Shown: positions 27,199 through 39,564 of the stretch, piece after piece
How positions within the stretch are numbered: position 1 is the first letter of the stretch
How the letters are laid out: each line of letters begins with the position of its first letter
Assembly: GCA_951406725.2 (NCBI GenBank)
Contig: OX597824.1
Span: 88,846,001 to 88,910,000 of the forward strand
DNA: 64,000 nucleotides
Direction of reading: 5' to 3'
DNA from: Octopus vulgaris
Lineage: Eukaryota
Notes under the pieces: model-generated
The model's input: only the letters and a program-made list of their open reading frames with translations
Told to the model about the DNA's origin: nothing
The model's database searches: none
Program-made: the position numbers and the translations under genes

Positions 27199-27244
27199 GA
27201 CACCTGATGAAGGCTGGAGGGTATATCAGCCGAAACGTTACGTT
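27199..27244 (+). ncRNA. Minimal type I hammerhead motif (right arm; stem I mutated)
   Basis: GACAC CUGAUGA A GGCUGG-loop-UCAGCC GAAA CG UU^ACGUU. Confidence 0.55.
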
Positions 27245-27371
27245 AACAACAAACAAGATGAGGACAAATATCCGTCAAATGTAAATAATGTAAATGATGG
27301 TTAACCAAGTTTGCTTAACCAAGACATCTGCCTGGATTTATTAATCCCTCTTACCTGGTATTATATATATA

Positions 27372-27669
27372 TAAAAGCACCATCCGCTCGTGTCCGTTGC
27401 CAGCCTCGCCTGGCCCCTGTGCTGGTGGCACGTAAAAGCACCATGACCGTTCGTGGCCGTTTGCCAGCTCTGTCTGGCACCTGTGCGGGTGGCATGTAAA
27501 AAGCACCCACTACACTCACGGAGTGGTTGGCATTAAGAAGGGCATCCAGCCATAGAAACACTGCCAGATCTGACTGGGCCTGGTGCAGCCTTCCGGCTTC
27601 ACAGACCCCAGTTGAACCGTCCAACCCATGCTAGCATGGAAAACGGACGCTAAATGATGATGATGATGA
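27372..27669 (+). mobile_element. RTE 3'UTR remnant with (GAT)n tail
   Basis: Reverse complement of the 6938-7430 type. Confidence 0.75.
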
Positions 27670-28423
27670 TATATATATATATATACACACACACACATAT
27701 GCACACAATGCCTATGAACATATATATTATATAGTATATATTATACTATATATCACCGTCACAATGTAATATCCATTTTCTATGGGTTGGACAGTTTGAC
27801 CAGAGCTGGGAAGTTGGACCAGGTTCCAGTCTGATTTGGTTTGGTTTCTATGGCTGAATGCCCTTTGTAATGCCAACCACTTTACAGAATGTGCTGTGTG
27901 CTTTTTTATGTGACGCTGGTTTGGTCCTTACTTGACCCAGCATAGGTAATTTTTATGTGGCACCAGCATTGGACCCTTGCAAGGCAAAAACCCCTTCAGT
28001 TGAATGGGGAACATTAGCAGTTCTTCAGTGGTGGATGGGTCTTCTTGAGAATAGCAAGGTTCCACACATACACAAATATATATATATATATATGCACATG
28101 CATATAATCATAGATATATGTTTGTTTGTGTTATATGTGTGTGTGTGTGTGAGTGTGACGTATGAAGTTCATTCCAGCAAAATCTTACAGCCTGTGTACC
28201 TTAAAGGAAGGATGACAAATAATATCTTCAGTTTTCAGCAGTTTGAGATTCCAACAATCAAAGAAAAAGGAGTATGATGTCTTGTGAAGAATTATGATTG
28301 CGTTCTTGAGCATAATGGCATTGCCAAGCACACCAGGTCCCAACTAAACAACTAGTTTAGGGCAGTTGTTAAAAGCCAACTTCTTTGAAGGTTTAAACTA
28401 TGGTGTTTCCTGTATGGCATCAT

Positions 28424-28809
28424 GGGGGAAAAAGGGAAGCACCCTGTTGGTTACGACGATGAGGGTTCCGGTTGATCCGACCAACGGAACAGCCTGCTCG
28501 TGAAATTAACGTGTAAGTGGCTGAACACTCCACAGACATGTGTACCCTTAACGTAGTTCTCGGGGATATTCAGCGTGACACAGAGAGTGACAAGGCCGGC
28601 CCTTTGAAATACAGGTACAACAGAAACAGGAAGAAAGAGCGAGAGAAAGTTGTGGTGAAAGAGTACAGCAGGGATCACCACCATCCCCTGCCGGAGCTTT
28701 TAGGTGTTTTCGCTCAATAAACACTCACAACGCCTGGTCTGGGAATCAAAACCGCAATCCTACGACCGCGAGTCCGCTGCCCTAACCACTGGGCCATTGC
28801 GCCTCCACA
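28424..28809 (-). mobile_element. tRNA(Arg)-like SINE family C, full length (resembles octopus OR-type SINEs)
   Basis: ggaggcgcaatggcccagtggttagggcagcggactcgcggtcg head; TSD tggcatcat. Confidence 0.75.
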
Positions 28810-29925
28810 TGGCATCATACAAAGACTGCCACTGGACACTTTTTACTTTTTGAGTTTGTCACGACTGAGGTGGAGGAAACCTTAGCATTAAATTCATGCA
28901 AAGACAGCAGGGCATTCTCCCAGCTCTCAGATGAGTCAATCTGCACAGCAAAAGCTTTACAAATTTTATCAGTAGTGGTGGAATTCGAAGCCTCCAAGGT
29001 AAGTCCAGTATGAACATTGTTTCTTTCTGAAGATGAGAAAGTCGGATATGCCAACAAGACCATAAAGTGTGGCAGAAGGTGAAAGCCCCAGGAAATTATT
29101 GGAGTAGATTGTCAAGGGCAGCCAGGACTTGAGAAATGCAGCACCAACAGGTGGAAAAACACCAATGCTAGGGGTAAAAGGGAGCTTATAGTGCAAAGGG
29201 TCTGTGATTCAACAGATGAAGATTACTATGTAAAGGTATTAGGGCTTGCTCTGTAGGGATAGTGGATATAGTGGGACCAGGTACACAAGTGCCCACTTTA
29301 CTGGAGGGAATTCTGGATTATTGATCAGGGAAAACCGTCTTTACTTCTGTGTGCAATTGCTGACCTCTTTTCAATCCCAAATAGCCTTAAAATATAGGGC
29401 AAAGAGGAAAACCCATCCTGCAAGTAGTGCAGAGCAATTGTTAGTAATCTGACCTGAATTTTAAACAGATGCATTAAGACACTGAGAGAAGGTCATTAGA
29501 AAGTGAAGGCATGACAAGGACATTACAGATACTTCCGAATGGATAGACCTGCAGAAGGTTAAGGCCAACAAACAATGGTCAGTACCAGTCAAGAATATCT
29601 GATCCTTAAAGAAGGTGACAAGGCTCCCAAGATGAAGGCAGCAGTAGGAGATCTGTTTTCTATTCTGCATCAAGCCTCAGGTAGTGAGATGCAAATGGAC
29701 TTGAATGCAAACTTGTCTTCTTTGAGGAGGCAGCAAAAATATCACTGATGTGTTCCTACTACCCGGGAGTGCAAAAATACCTGTTGTGATTGAATTTACA
29801 GTGCCCAGGGAGGACAGACTTAACATTCCTCACCAGCTGAAGAAAACTACATATTAGGACTTGACCAATGAGGTTCCTGTCAAGGGATAGTAGAGAGCTT
29901 TGTTCCCTACTGATGTAGGCCGATG

Positions 29926-30276
29926 GAACCTACACTCGCCTCCTTATGAGAGCTCAAAATCTCTCGTGGAAGCGCCATCCAACCAAAATGCAAATATATG
30001 GGAAACTACCACCTGTGTCATCTCTTGTGAAAAGTAGAAGAGTCCAGTTTGCTGGACATTGTTGTAGAGCTGAAAATGAGATAATTTCTACTCTTCTTCT
30101 CTGGAAGCCATCTACTCGCAATACCAGAGGGTGCACACTCTCCTACCCTGATGTAATCTCCAGGGATACAGGTATCCAGCAACAGGACCTCCGTAATGCC
30201 ATGATGGACTGTGAAGTCTGGCATAGCATGGTAAATTCCATTGTCTCGACCACGGTTGAACAATGATGATGATGAT
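29926..30276 (+). mobile_element. RTE-clade LINE 3' fragment
   Basis: GTYTRLLMRAQNLSWKRHPT...RRVQFAGHC; (GAT)n tail; flanking repeat ggccgatg. Confidence 0.8.
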
Positions 30277-30643
30277 GGCCGATGCAACTGTCCAGCTTTA
30301 TTGGTGTGCTATTTCTTGGACAGGATTGGCCTGGAACCCAGACAACTGAAGAAAGCCAACTAGGAGATGGACATAGCAGCTGAAACTAGTTCTAGATGGC
30401 TGTGGTTGATAACAGACTGCAAAATGGATCAAAGATGTATTCAGTTTTTGCTGTTCCACTCAGGTGTAGAAGAAAAGAGATGAAGTGCTTGTGACCCCGA
30501 GATAGCCACAGGTTATACAGATAGGTCTCTGCTATTGTAATAGATTCAGAAGAGCTTCCATACAAGGCAAAGCATCATCAGTATATATATGTATATATAT
30601 GTATATGTGTGCGTGTGTGTGTGTGTGTGTATACATTTATATG

Positions 30644-30854
30644 TTCATGTAAAATTGTACATTTAAACACATAAGAGGTGCCTTGACAGAACATCTAGCA
30701 TACTAGAAAGACCAGTCAAAATCCAAACCACAATTAGGGGTAATTTCGAAGGGACCCCAAACCGTGGTTTGGATTTTGACTGGTCTTTCTAGTATGCTAG
30801 GTGCCCTGTCAAGGCACCTCTTATGTGTTTAAATGTACACTAATTTTATATGAA
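30644..30854. repeat. Fold-back palindrome (~88-bp arms), Penelope-like
   Basis: Near-perfect inverted arms, 32-nt spacer resembling HHR stem II. Confidence 0.8.
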
Positions 30855-32030
30855 TAATATACACAGTCGATTGACTATTTTCTGCACTGGTAGAAAAAAA
30901 TTCTATAATTTTTCCTACCCTGTATATTTTTCCTTAAATGTTCATGTATAATAAAAGGCCATGAATGTGGTTTAAAATTTAAAACCCCTTCTGTGTTCTT
31001 TCGAATCCCTACCCTGCATCTAGAACCAGCCCCGAGTTGGCTCGAAGGTTTAAACTGGATTTGTTATTTACATATCTACAACACGATACTTTCATGGGTG
31101 TCTTACCTCATAGTGAACCCTATGTTATTGGACCAAGCCATTTCTGTCCTCCTACGTGTTGGGCCTAGATTCTAACGAATCTTATAACTAATTAATGTGT
31201 GTGTATAAATATATTTGTGTGTATGTGAGCGTGCGTGTGTGCATATATAGAAATACGAACACCATATATGTCATATTATATATGCACGCATATCATTATG
31301 CTGAACCGGCGTAGAAGTCGCTATGCAGTCGCTCGATTTGTTAGAAATAGCAGCTTAAATTTTTTTCGAATCATATGATCTTAAAAAAAGAAAATCACTT
31401 TAGATGTTGTAGTTCCTGGTATACAGTAACTAGAATATCCAGTAACTGGCACGATTTTATTTATAAATCTTCTCGATCAGCGCTGGCCTGTGGTTAAACA
31501 ATCACCACATACCCTTATTATCTGCATTGTTTTGTAAGCACATTTTCTCCACCCACATGAAAAAAAATATATCTACCCCGCCTCCCCAAACAACATCGCT
31601 TCCTGTTCACACTTGTTTCTTATTCTAACATGCGTCTACAACAACCCCCTGCACAACTCACGAGCGTATATAAGGAATAAAAGGGACATATATATGATAT
31701 ATATGTAAATGCGAACATTCTATGTCTATACGATCGCAACACACGAGCATGATAGTAAATAAATAGAAATGGTTGAAATGAATACACACATATTTGTATA
31801 TAATTATATATGTGGTAGCATTTATGTGACATAAAGAAATGGGTGTGTAACATTATATATATACATATATATCAAACACAGATATGTGTGTGTGTGTGTA
31901 TGCATGTAAATATATAATGTAATAGAGACAGCGAGAGACAAGGAAGAGAATAATTGACGTGGTGACGGGGACTGCAGGGTAGTTAAGGGTGGAGTCAAAG
32001 GTAGGTTGAATATAGAATACATGGGGTTAC

Positions 32031-32128
32031 CTTTTGTATGGGGTCGGATTCCATAATTTGCCCCAGCTGTAGGTTTTGACAGCCAGATTCTGTAGAGGTT
32101 GGTTGTCGTACAGACGACTCATGATGGT
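32031..32128 (-). CDS. Putative internal exon, 98 nt: TIMSRLYDNQPLQNLAVKTYSWGKLWNPTPYK(S)
   Basis: Long polypyrimidine tract plus cccag| acceptor; AAG|gtaacc donor; unique non-repeat sequence. Open frame ends in phase 2 (AG), matching the next exon. An alternative start ACCATCATG lies at 32122. Confidence 0.6.
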
Positions 32129-32130
32129 CT

Positions 32131-32875
32131 GGGCATACAGAGGAAGGGAGGAGAATGAGAGACGGAGTGAAAGAAAAGAATAAAAGATGAGTAAGAGTGA
32201 GTGAGTGAAAGAGAGAGAGAGAGTGAGAGTGAGAAAGAGAGAGGGGAAAAGAAGGTGGGTAAAATAAGTAGAGGAGAGAGAGTAAGACAGACGTATGAAA
32301 GGGATATAGGAAGAAGCGAGTAAGAAATAGAGAGGGGAGAGGATAATGTTAGAGATTGAGAGAGTGTGAAGGAAAATAGTTGATTGCGGGGAAGAGATGT
32401 GGGGGAAATGAGTCGAAGATGATATGTGAAAGATAAAGAAAGGATGTGAAAAAAAAGTAGCTGAAAGATATATAAAAATAGACAGCGTGTGAGGGAGAGA
32501 TGGAAGATTGAAGGAGGGGCTTGCTTATGAAAGGTTAGTGGCGAAGTAGAATTACAAACAGTGGAGATATGGACGGCGAAGAGAGAACGGAAGAAGCGCA
32601 GAGAATATAGAGAGTAAGAAAATGCAGGGAAGAATAACGAGTGAGAGATATAGAGAGAGGGGTAACAAGGAAAAGAGACAGAAATGAAAGAAAAAAACGG
32701 AGTAGAAACAGAAGTAGGAGGTGAAGTGGAAAGAAGGTAAGAGTAAACGGGAGCGGCGAGGAGAGAAAACAAGCAAATATGAAGAAGAGAGAAAGGGGGG
32801 AAAATGTATGTGAAGAGGAGGATTAATTGGTAAAAGAAGGGTTAAGCAGAGGGTATACGGAAGAGAGAGAGAGGC
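32131..32875. repeat. Purine-rich (GA) tract, which is a long polypyrimidine tract on the gene strand
   Basis: Direct reading. Confidence 0.85.
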
Positions 32876-33317
32876 TGCGTGGAGTGAAAGTCAGTGCAAG
32901 GCAATTAAAACATGATGTGAGGAAGGGAAGTAACTCTGACCGACAGCGAAGGGCAACGGGTGGAGTATAAGAGATAGCCGTGGTAGGAGGATTGGTGTTG
33001 TAACAATTAAGAATTGTTGCACAAGTCGAACCAATATTGTCTTTGTAAATCTATATTTATTTCGCAACGTGCCGTCCCGCGATCTGATGGGTCCTTGCCA
33101 CCCCTTTTTTTCTTTTTAAAGATGGCAAATAGTTTTGTCGAGCGATGGCTTGGTTATCACATCAGCTAATGCTTATTATAAGGTGTTGTCTGTGGCGATA
33201 AATGTTATTAGTAAAAAGAGGGGGCTTAAAATAGTAGCACGGAGTTGTAGCAGAAATTGTTCTAATAGCCCTAGTCATGTGGGTGTAATTTGCCTAAACG
33301 GTGGGTAATTAGCTAGA

Positions 33318-33459
33318 TGTAATAATGATAATAACAGTAGTAGTAGTAGTAATAATAGTAGTAGTAGTAATAATAATAATAGTAATAATAGTAGTAGTAG
33401 TAGTAGTAATAACAATAATACTAATAATAGTAGTAGTAGTAATAACAATAATAGTAGTA

Positions 33460-33490
<31 letters not shown>

Positions 33491-33502
33491 TCGTAGTAAT
33501 AA
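33318..33502. repeat. (AAT/AGT)n compound microsatellite
   Basis: Direct reading. Confidence 0.9.
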
Positions 33503-34016
33503 TATATTTCTTTACTACCCACAAGGGGCTAAACACAGAGGGGACAAACAAGGACAGACAAAGGGATTAAGTCGATTACATCGACTGCAGTGCGTAACTG
33601 GTACTTAATTTATCGACCCCGAAAGGATAAAAGGCAGCAGTAGTAGTAGTAATAATAATAATACAGGTCAGAAACTAATTGTATGCCGTATATTGCTGGT
33701 TTATTCTTGACGAATGACTGATGGTGGCTTCCTTTATAAGCGCTGTGTGTATTTGCCATGGAATTTTTGCGCAAGAACACAAAAGTGGTTTTCCGTACAA
33801 TTTGCCACTCCTGTGTGAAGACCGGAAAAGAACCGGAACATATACAACGAGGTATTTTGTCTAAACTCTAACAATATCGTCAATGCACCACTACGGACGT
33901 GATTTCGATTTCCAGATTGGTGTCGTGTAGTATTCTGGGGCTAAAACAACTTTATTTCAAGTTGTTTCAGTCCACCCAGCAGCAACGAACTGGCACCCTG
34001 TTCAGGGGGAATCTTG

Positions 34017-34426
34017 GGATTTTTTCGGTTTGACCGGCAATTTTTTCTAGCGGTGTCATATGAAATTGTCACCCATAATTATGACCCTAGTATCGATCTA
34101 TTGCATTTCAATCTGTTTTAGGGTTAGGGGTGGGGGAAGGGTATATTTTTTCTTCGCAAATGTAAATAAACCAAATCTGTTTCTTAAACGAGGGACATAT
34201 TCATACGGCACAGAATGTTTTCACCTCAATAGACGGTCATTGATTGGTTGAAATTGCCGAAATTGAAGAAAATATCTTACAAGTATCTTACAAACCATAG
34301 AATTTTCTCAATAAAGCCAAGAGAAAAAGGTGTTTTATAAACACATTCCACCAGTATACGAAGTTTAAAAGTGTTTAATTACGTGGAAAATATTAGAAAA
34401 AACTGCCGTTCAAACCGAAAAGATCC
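34017..34426. mobile_element. MITE with GG...CC TIRs and 8-bp TSD (Merlin-like)
   Basis: TIR GGATCTTTTCGGTTTGAACGGCAGTTTTT; TSD gaatcttg. Confidence 0.8.
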
Positions 34427-34830
34427 GAATCTTGTGACCTTGCTCAGTTATACGCTATAGGGACCGGGTATCGGCCGACGAGTCTTAGAACCGGAGACAT
34501 TGGTGCTCAGGGTTGATGTCGATGATGTTGAGGATAATGAAGGATGAGACACAAAATTGACATCACCGGAATTGGAACCTAAAAAACCCGGAACACCTAC
34601 CGTATGGCGTTTCGCTCGATATTACATATTTCTTTACTACCCACTAGGGGCTAAACACAGAGGGGACAAACAAGGACAGACATAGGTATTAAGTCGATTA
34701 CATCGACCCCAGTGCGTAACTGGTACTTAATTTATCGACCCCGAAAGGATGAAAGGCAAAGTCGACTACAACCATATTCTGCCATCTCCTTCTCCGTATC
34801 TCATATCTCCATCCAAATAAGAATAAATTT

Positions 34831-35248
34831 GGATCTTTTCGGTTTGAACGGCAGTTTTTTAAAATAATTTCCACGTAACTAAACACTTTTAAACTTCGTA
34901 TACTGGTAGAATGTGTTTATAAAACATCTTTTTCTCTTGGCTTTATTGAGAAAATTCTATAGTTTGTAAGATATTTTCTTCAATTTCGGTAATTTCAACC
35001 AATCAATGACATTTATTGAGGTGAAAACATTCTGCCGTATGAATATGTCACTCCTTTAAGAAACAGATTGGGTTTATTTACATTTCTGAAGAAAAAAGAT
35101 ACCCTTCCGCCACCCCTAACCCTAACCCTAACTAACCCTAACCCTAAAACAGATTGAAATGCAATAGATCGATACTAGGGTCATAATTATGGGTGACAAT
35201 TTCATATGACACCGCTAGAAAAAACTGCCGATCAAACCGAAAAGATCC
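34831..35248. mobile_element. Second MITE copy in inverted orientation, with internal (CCCTAA)n
   Basis: Same TIRs; TSD ataaattt; telomere-like repeats at ~35113-35146. Confidence 0.8.
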
Positions 35249-35608
35249 ATAAATTTCTTATCCAACCACCGCTGCATTGGCAGAATCGTTAACGCATTAA
35301 TCGACCCCAAAAGGATGAAAGGCAAAGTCGACCTCGACGGAATTTGAACTCGGAACGTAACGGCATACGTGCATACCTATTTCTTTACTAACCACAAGGG
35401 GCTACACATAGAGGGGACAAACAAGGACAGACAAACGGGTTAAGTCGATTAGATCGACTCTAGTGTGTAACTGGTACTTATTTAATCGACCCCAAAAGGA
35501 TGAAAGGCGCATTGTGTCCTTGAGCAAGACACTTTATTTCACGTTTTTGTTAAATATTCTTATTGTTTTCGTTGAAAAAAAATGCCGCAATAATTATGCA
35601 CCAACCCA

Positions 35609-35692
<84 letters not shown>

Positions 35693-35773
35693 TTTGCGTT
35701 CTTGTCCCATTTTTGTATTTTTTATATATAAAAAATATAGCGGCGTACGCACACTTTGGTCTCTTATATATAA

Positions 35774-35849
<76 letters not shown>

Positions 35850-36839
35850 GTATATATATATGTATATATATATATATACACATATACATACATTTTCTAC
35901 GACTCTATTATTCTTTCTATTCTTTCTATTCTTTCTTTCTTTCCTTCTTTCTGTCAGCCCTTTCACACTTTACTTCGTTCATTCTACTCTTCGTTCATTC
36001 GTTCCCCTTCTCTCACATTTCCTAGCCTTCTCCTCATGTTCGCCTTTCCTCTCCTTTCACTTCACTCTGTCCCTTTCATTTTCTTCTCGTCCCTCCTTAA
36101 TTCTTCTATCCCCCTGCCTCTACCTCTCTCTCTTCTCTCCCCACGTGACCAATGTTCGGCCAAGCCTGACCTTTCTTTCTTGGTTCGACTACCATCCGTG
36201 CAACATCTATATTCCTCCCTGTACCTGTCAATTCCTATGTCCCTGCCGTAAGGCTTTACTTCTACACATGCCAGCTTAATTTAATTCGTCCTTAGTCGAA
36301 AGACACCTGTTGTATATGTCCTATTATTTGTATTTTGTATCATTTATCCGTTTTTTCCGTCCTTGTTTTCGTATACATTCGCTGCTTTCTTCCAAGGAAT
36401 CTAGTGCTCTTAGCTTAGTTTTTCCTTGAGGCTGGCCAGATTGGAGCAATCTCGAGGATAACCAGCCGAAATTGCAAAGATAATCGTTAACTCGACTGAG
36501 GAAAGAAAACTCCGAATGACCCGTCCTTGTTTTCTTTGTGTTGTCTGTTTGGATGTTTTGTTGTCCCTTTTTTGTATCACCCTAACTGTCTGGATGTTTT
36601 GCGTTCTTGTCCCATTTTTGTATTTTTTGTATATAAAAAATATAGCGGCGTACGTACACTTTGGTCTCTTATATATTAGTATATATATATATATATATAT
36701 TAATAGAAATGGTAAGACAACAAAAGAATGAAAGAGACCTCCATATTATGTAAATACAGGAATTTATCTGGTTAACGGTCATTTTCATAGCATATTTTGA
36801 TTGCCTCGATAACTGAAGAGATGCCAGAGCAGATTTCTG

Positions 36840-37325
36840 CCCCTAGGAGTCACTGAGAGTGAAGATTGCAAAATCCTGTGAGATGCAGTGATTCAGTACG
36901 ATCACCTGACCAGACATCGGAAAGCGAACATTGTTGTAGTGAATAAAAAGGTAGGAACATGCATGATAATCGACGTAGTATGTCCCGGTGACAACAGGAT
37001 CAAAGAGAAAGAAGAAAAAGTGAAGAACTCTGATGATTTGAAGTGGGAAATACAAAGGTTGTGGTCAATGAGGAGTGTAGACGTGATACCAATAGTAATT
37101 GGTGTACTTGGAAGTATCAGCACTCAACTACGAACATGGCTGAAAAAGATCGGTGAAAGTGTGAAGGTAGAATACCTATAAAAATCAGCATTGCTTGGAA
37201 GTGCAAGAATTCTTCGCAGGGTTCTTGAAGCACGACCAGTAATCAAGTGTCACCTTAGTCTGCTGACTGTGGACAGCTGACACTTTCCATCATACCCAGC
37301 AAAATAAGCTGTGAGTTTTCTTATG
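36840..37325 (+). mobile_element. Dong/R4-clade LINE 3' fragment (restriction-like endonuclease, RLE)
   Basis: HRKANIVVVNKKVGTCMIIDVVCPGD...VDVIPIVIGVLG; ends in (AAT)n. Confidence 0.8.
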
Positions 37326-37334
37326 ATGATGATG

Positions 37335-37395
<61 letters not shown>

Positions 37396-37396
<1 letters not shown>

Positions 37397-37752
37397 TAGC
37401 ACTATGACCCGGCGTTGCCGGCTCATAATGCATGCATATACAGCTGCGTGCGTGCGCACATATACGCGAGTACTGTCCAAATCTCCGACCAATCACATAC
37501 AGTTAGCTGGCATTCAATTGGCGTATCAAGTTTCGGCCATTTTGATCGGGTTTTGGATAGAAAATTCACAAAAAAGTCACTTCTATTGATTTTTTAATGG
37601 CTTTGCAGGGTGACTGGGGAAATGTAAAGATGTGCACGACCACCCTTGGACGGTTTTCAATGACCATAGAAAGTGCGATCCCTCTAGCTGAAAAATTGTG
37701 GATTTGTAAAAAGGATACACACACAGACATTTTGCCGTTTATATATATAGCG

Positions 37753-37753
<1 letters not shown>
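37396..37753 (-). mobile_element. Non-autonomous Helitron, copy 1 (358 bp)
   Basis: 5' TCGCTATATATATAAA, 3' hairpin ccggcaacgccgg plus CTAG, inside (AAT)n. Confidence 0.75.
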
Positions 37754-37813
<60 letters not shown>

Positions 37814-37814
<1 letters not shown>

Positions 37815-38170
37815 TAGCACTATGACCCGGCGTTGCCGGCTCATAATGCATGCATATACAGCTGCGTGCGTGCGCACATATACGCGAGTACTGTCCAAAT
37901 CTCCGACCAATCACATACAGTTAGCTGGCATTCAATTGGCGTATCAAGTTTCGGCCATTTTGATCGGGTTTTGGATAGAAAATTCACAAAAAAGTCACTT
38001 CTATTGATTTTTTAATGGCTTTGCAGGGTGACTGGGGAAATGTAAAGATGTGCACGACCACCCTTGGACGGTTTTCAATGACCATAGAAAGTGCGATCCC
38101 TCTAGCTGAAAAATTGTGGATTTGTAAAAAGGATACACACACAGACATTTTGCCGTTTATATATATAGCG

Positions 38171-38171
<1 letters not shown>
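37814..38171 (-). mobile_element. Non-autonomous Helitron, copy 2 (apparently identical)
   Basis: Tandem copy, 418-bp period. Confidence 0.75.
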
Positions 38172-38229
<58 letters not shown>

Positions 38230-38459
38230 TATAATAATAATGATGATGATAATTTTCTACTTCATTTCTATCGCTTGTGTATTATTACAGTATTTTTCCT
38301 CTTCTCTTTAATGATTGTGGTTAACGAACATTATCACACCACTTACACTTTGTTCATGCTTTGTACAAATAATTGCATTCTGTGATAATTTGGCGGGTGA
38401 CTTCGGTATGCTGTTAATAGTTATTATTATTATTGTTGTTGTTGTTATTATCATTATTA

Positions 38460-38995
38460 TTCTATATTTGACTTTTGCTTTACATTTGTACAAGTTGGCT
38501 CCAAGTCTCACCCAGAGACCTCAAGTATTGTTGTTGTTATTATTATTATTATTTAGTAGTCTTATTTTTATCACGTGCTTTCATTGCTCTATCGAGCGTA
38601 TCTCTCTGTGCCTCGGGTTGTGCTGTAGTTTGTTGTGATGCTCTTATTTTCACTGTATTGAAAGTATTTTACGTAGGATTTGTGCGGTTCCTAGTAGTGC
38701 TATTTTCTGTATGTTATATATATTTGTTAGTCCGGGTATTTTTGTTATGTATTTGTCTGAATATTTTTGATCATACCTAATGCACCCACTATGATAGGAA
38801 TTGTTATCACATTTTTAGACTCCACATTCGGTTTACCTCTATTTCCAGGTCTTTGTATTTTGAAAGTTACTTCGTTTCTTTCAGAGAAACATTGTCATCT
38901 GTTGGTATTGATACATCGATTAGAAAGCATTTTTTCTTGGTGATCTCTAACAACTATATCCAGCCTATTGGCCTTAATTTCTCTATCTGTGTGTA
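38460..38995 (-). mobile_element. Decayed Dong/R4-like 3' fragments
   Basis: Similar to 41800-42220 and 57345-57690. Confidence 0.65.
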
Positions 38996-39564
38996 TTGGC
39001 ATATCTCAGAGTATGGTTGCTTATTATTATCATTATTGAGTGAGAGAGCAGAGCAAACCATTAAAGTAACGCTGGGGTAAAATATACGAAGCCTAGTATA
39101 CCCATCATGACTACCTGTCTAAGGGTACACCAGGCACATGCACCACAACCATACATGAGCGAAGTGATGATCTCATATCAAGATAAACAACACATGACCT
39201 TGTAGGTGGGGCCCTTTTAGAATTTCCTTCAGGTCGAGTAACCCATCCCACTCAAAGGTTCGTGAATAAGGGTTGTTTAAGGATATTGAATGAAAAACTC
39301 CGAAGAATTCTTCTCAAAACATGGCTACAATGCTTCCCCACTACTTCTGCTCGTGATCAGAGATGCACATATCGTCAGCCACTAAGGGACATGCTCAACT
39401 GGTTAAGGTCAAGCAACCGACAAGTACATCTCTGGTATTGAGCAGAATATTTGTTGTAGCTCATCTTTTATAGCAAGACAAAATAATTTATGTTGAGATA
39501 AAATAAATTATACCAAGACAAAACAACGAAGGCAAAACAATTATTATTATGATTATTATTTTAT

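Larger units (their letters stand above)
26777..27299. mobile_element. Head-to-head palindromic pair of a tRNA-headed, hammerhead-containing short retroelement
   Basis: ~250-bp inverted arms; A box TGGCGTAGTGG; B box GTT(C/T)(A/G)ATTCC; HHR in each arm; 12-bp flanking direct repeat gttaaccaagtt. Confidence 0.75.

Noticed and set aside
35113-35146. (CCCTAA)n as a telomere or chromosome-fusion relic
   Set aside because: Lies inside a TIR element and is also present, shorter, in its second copy
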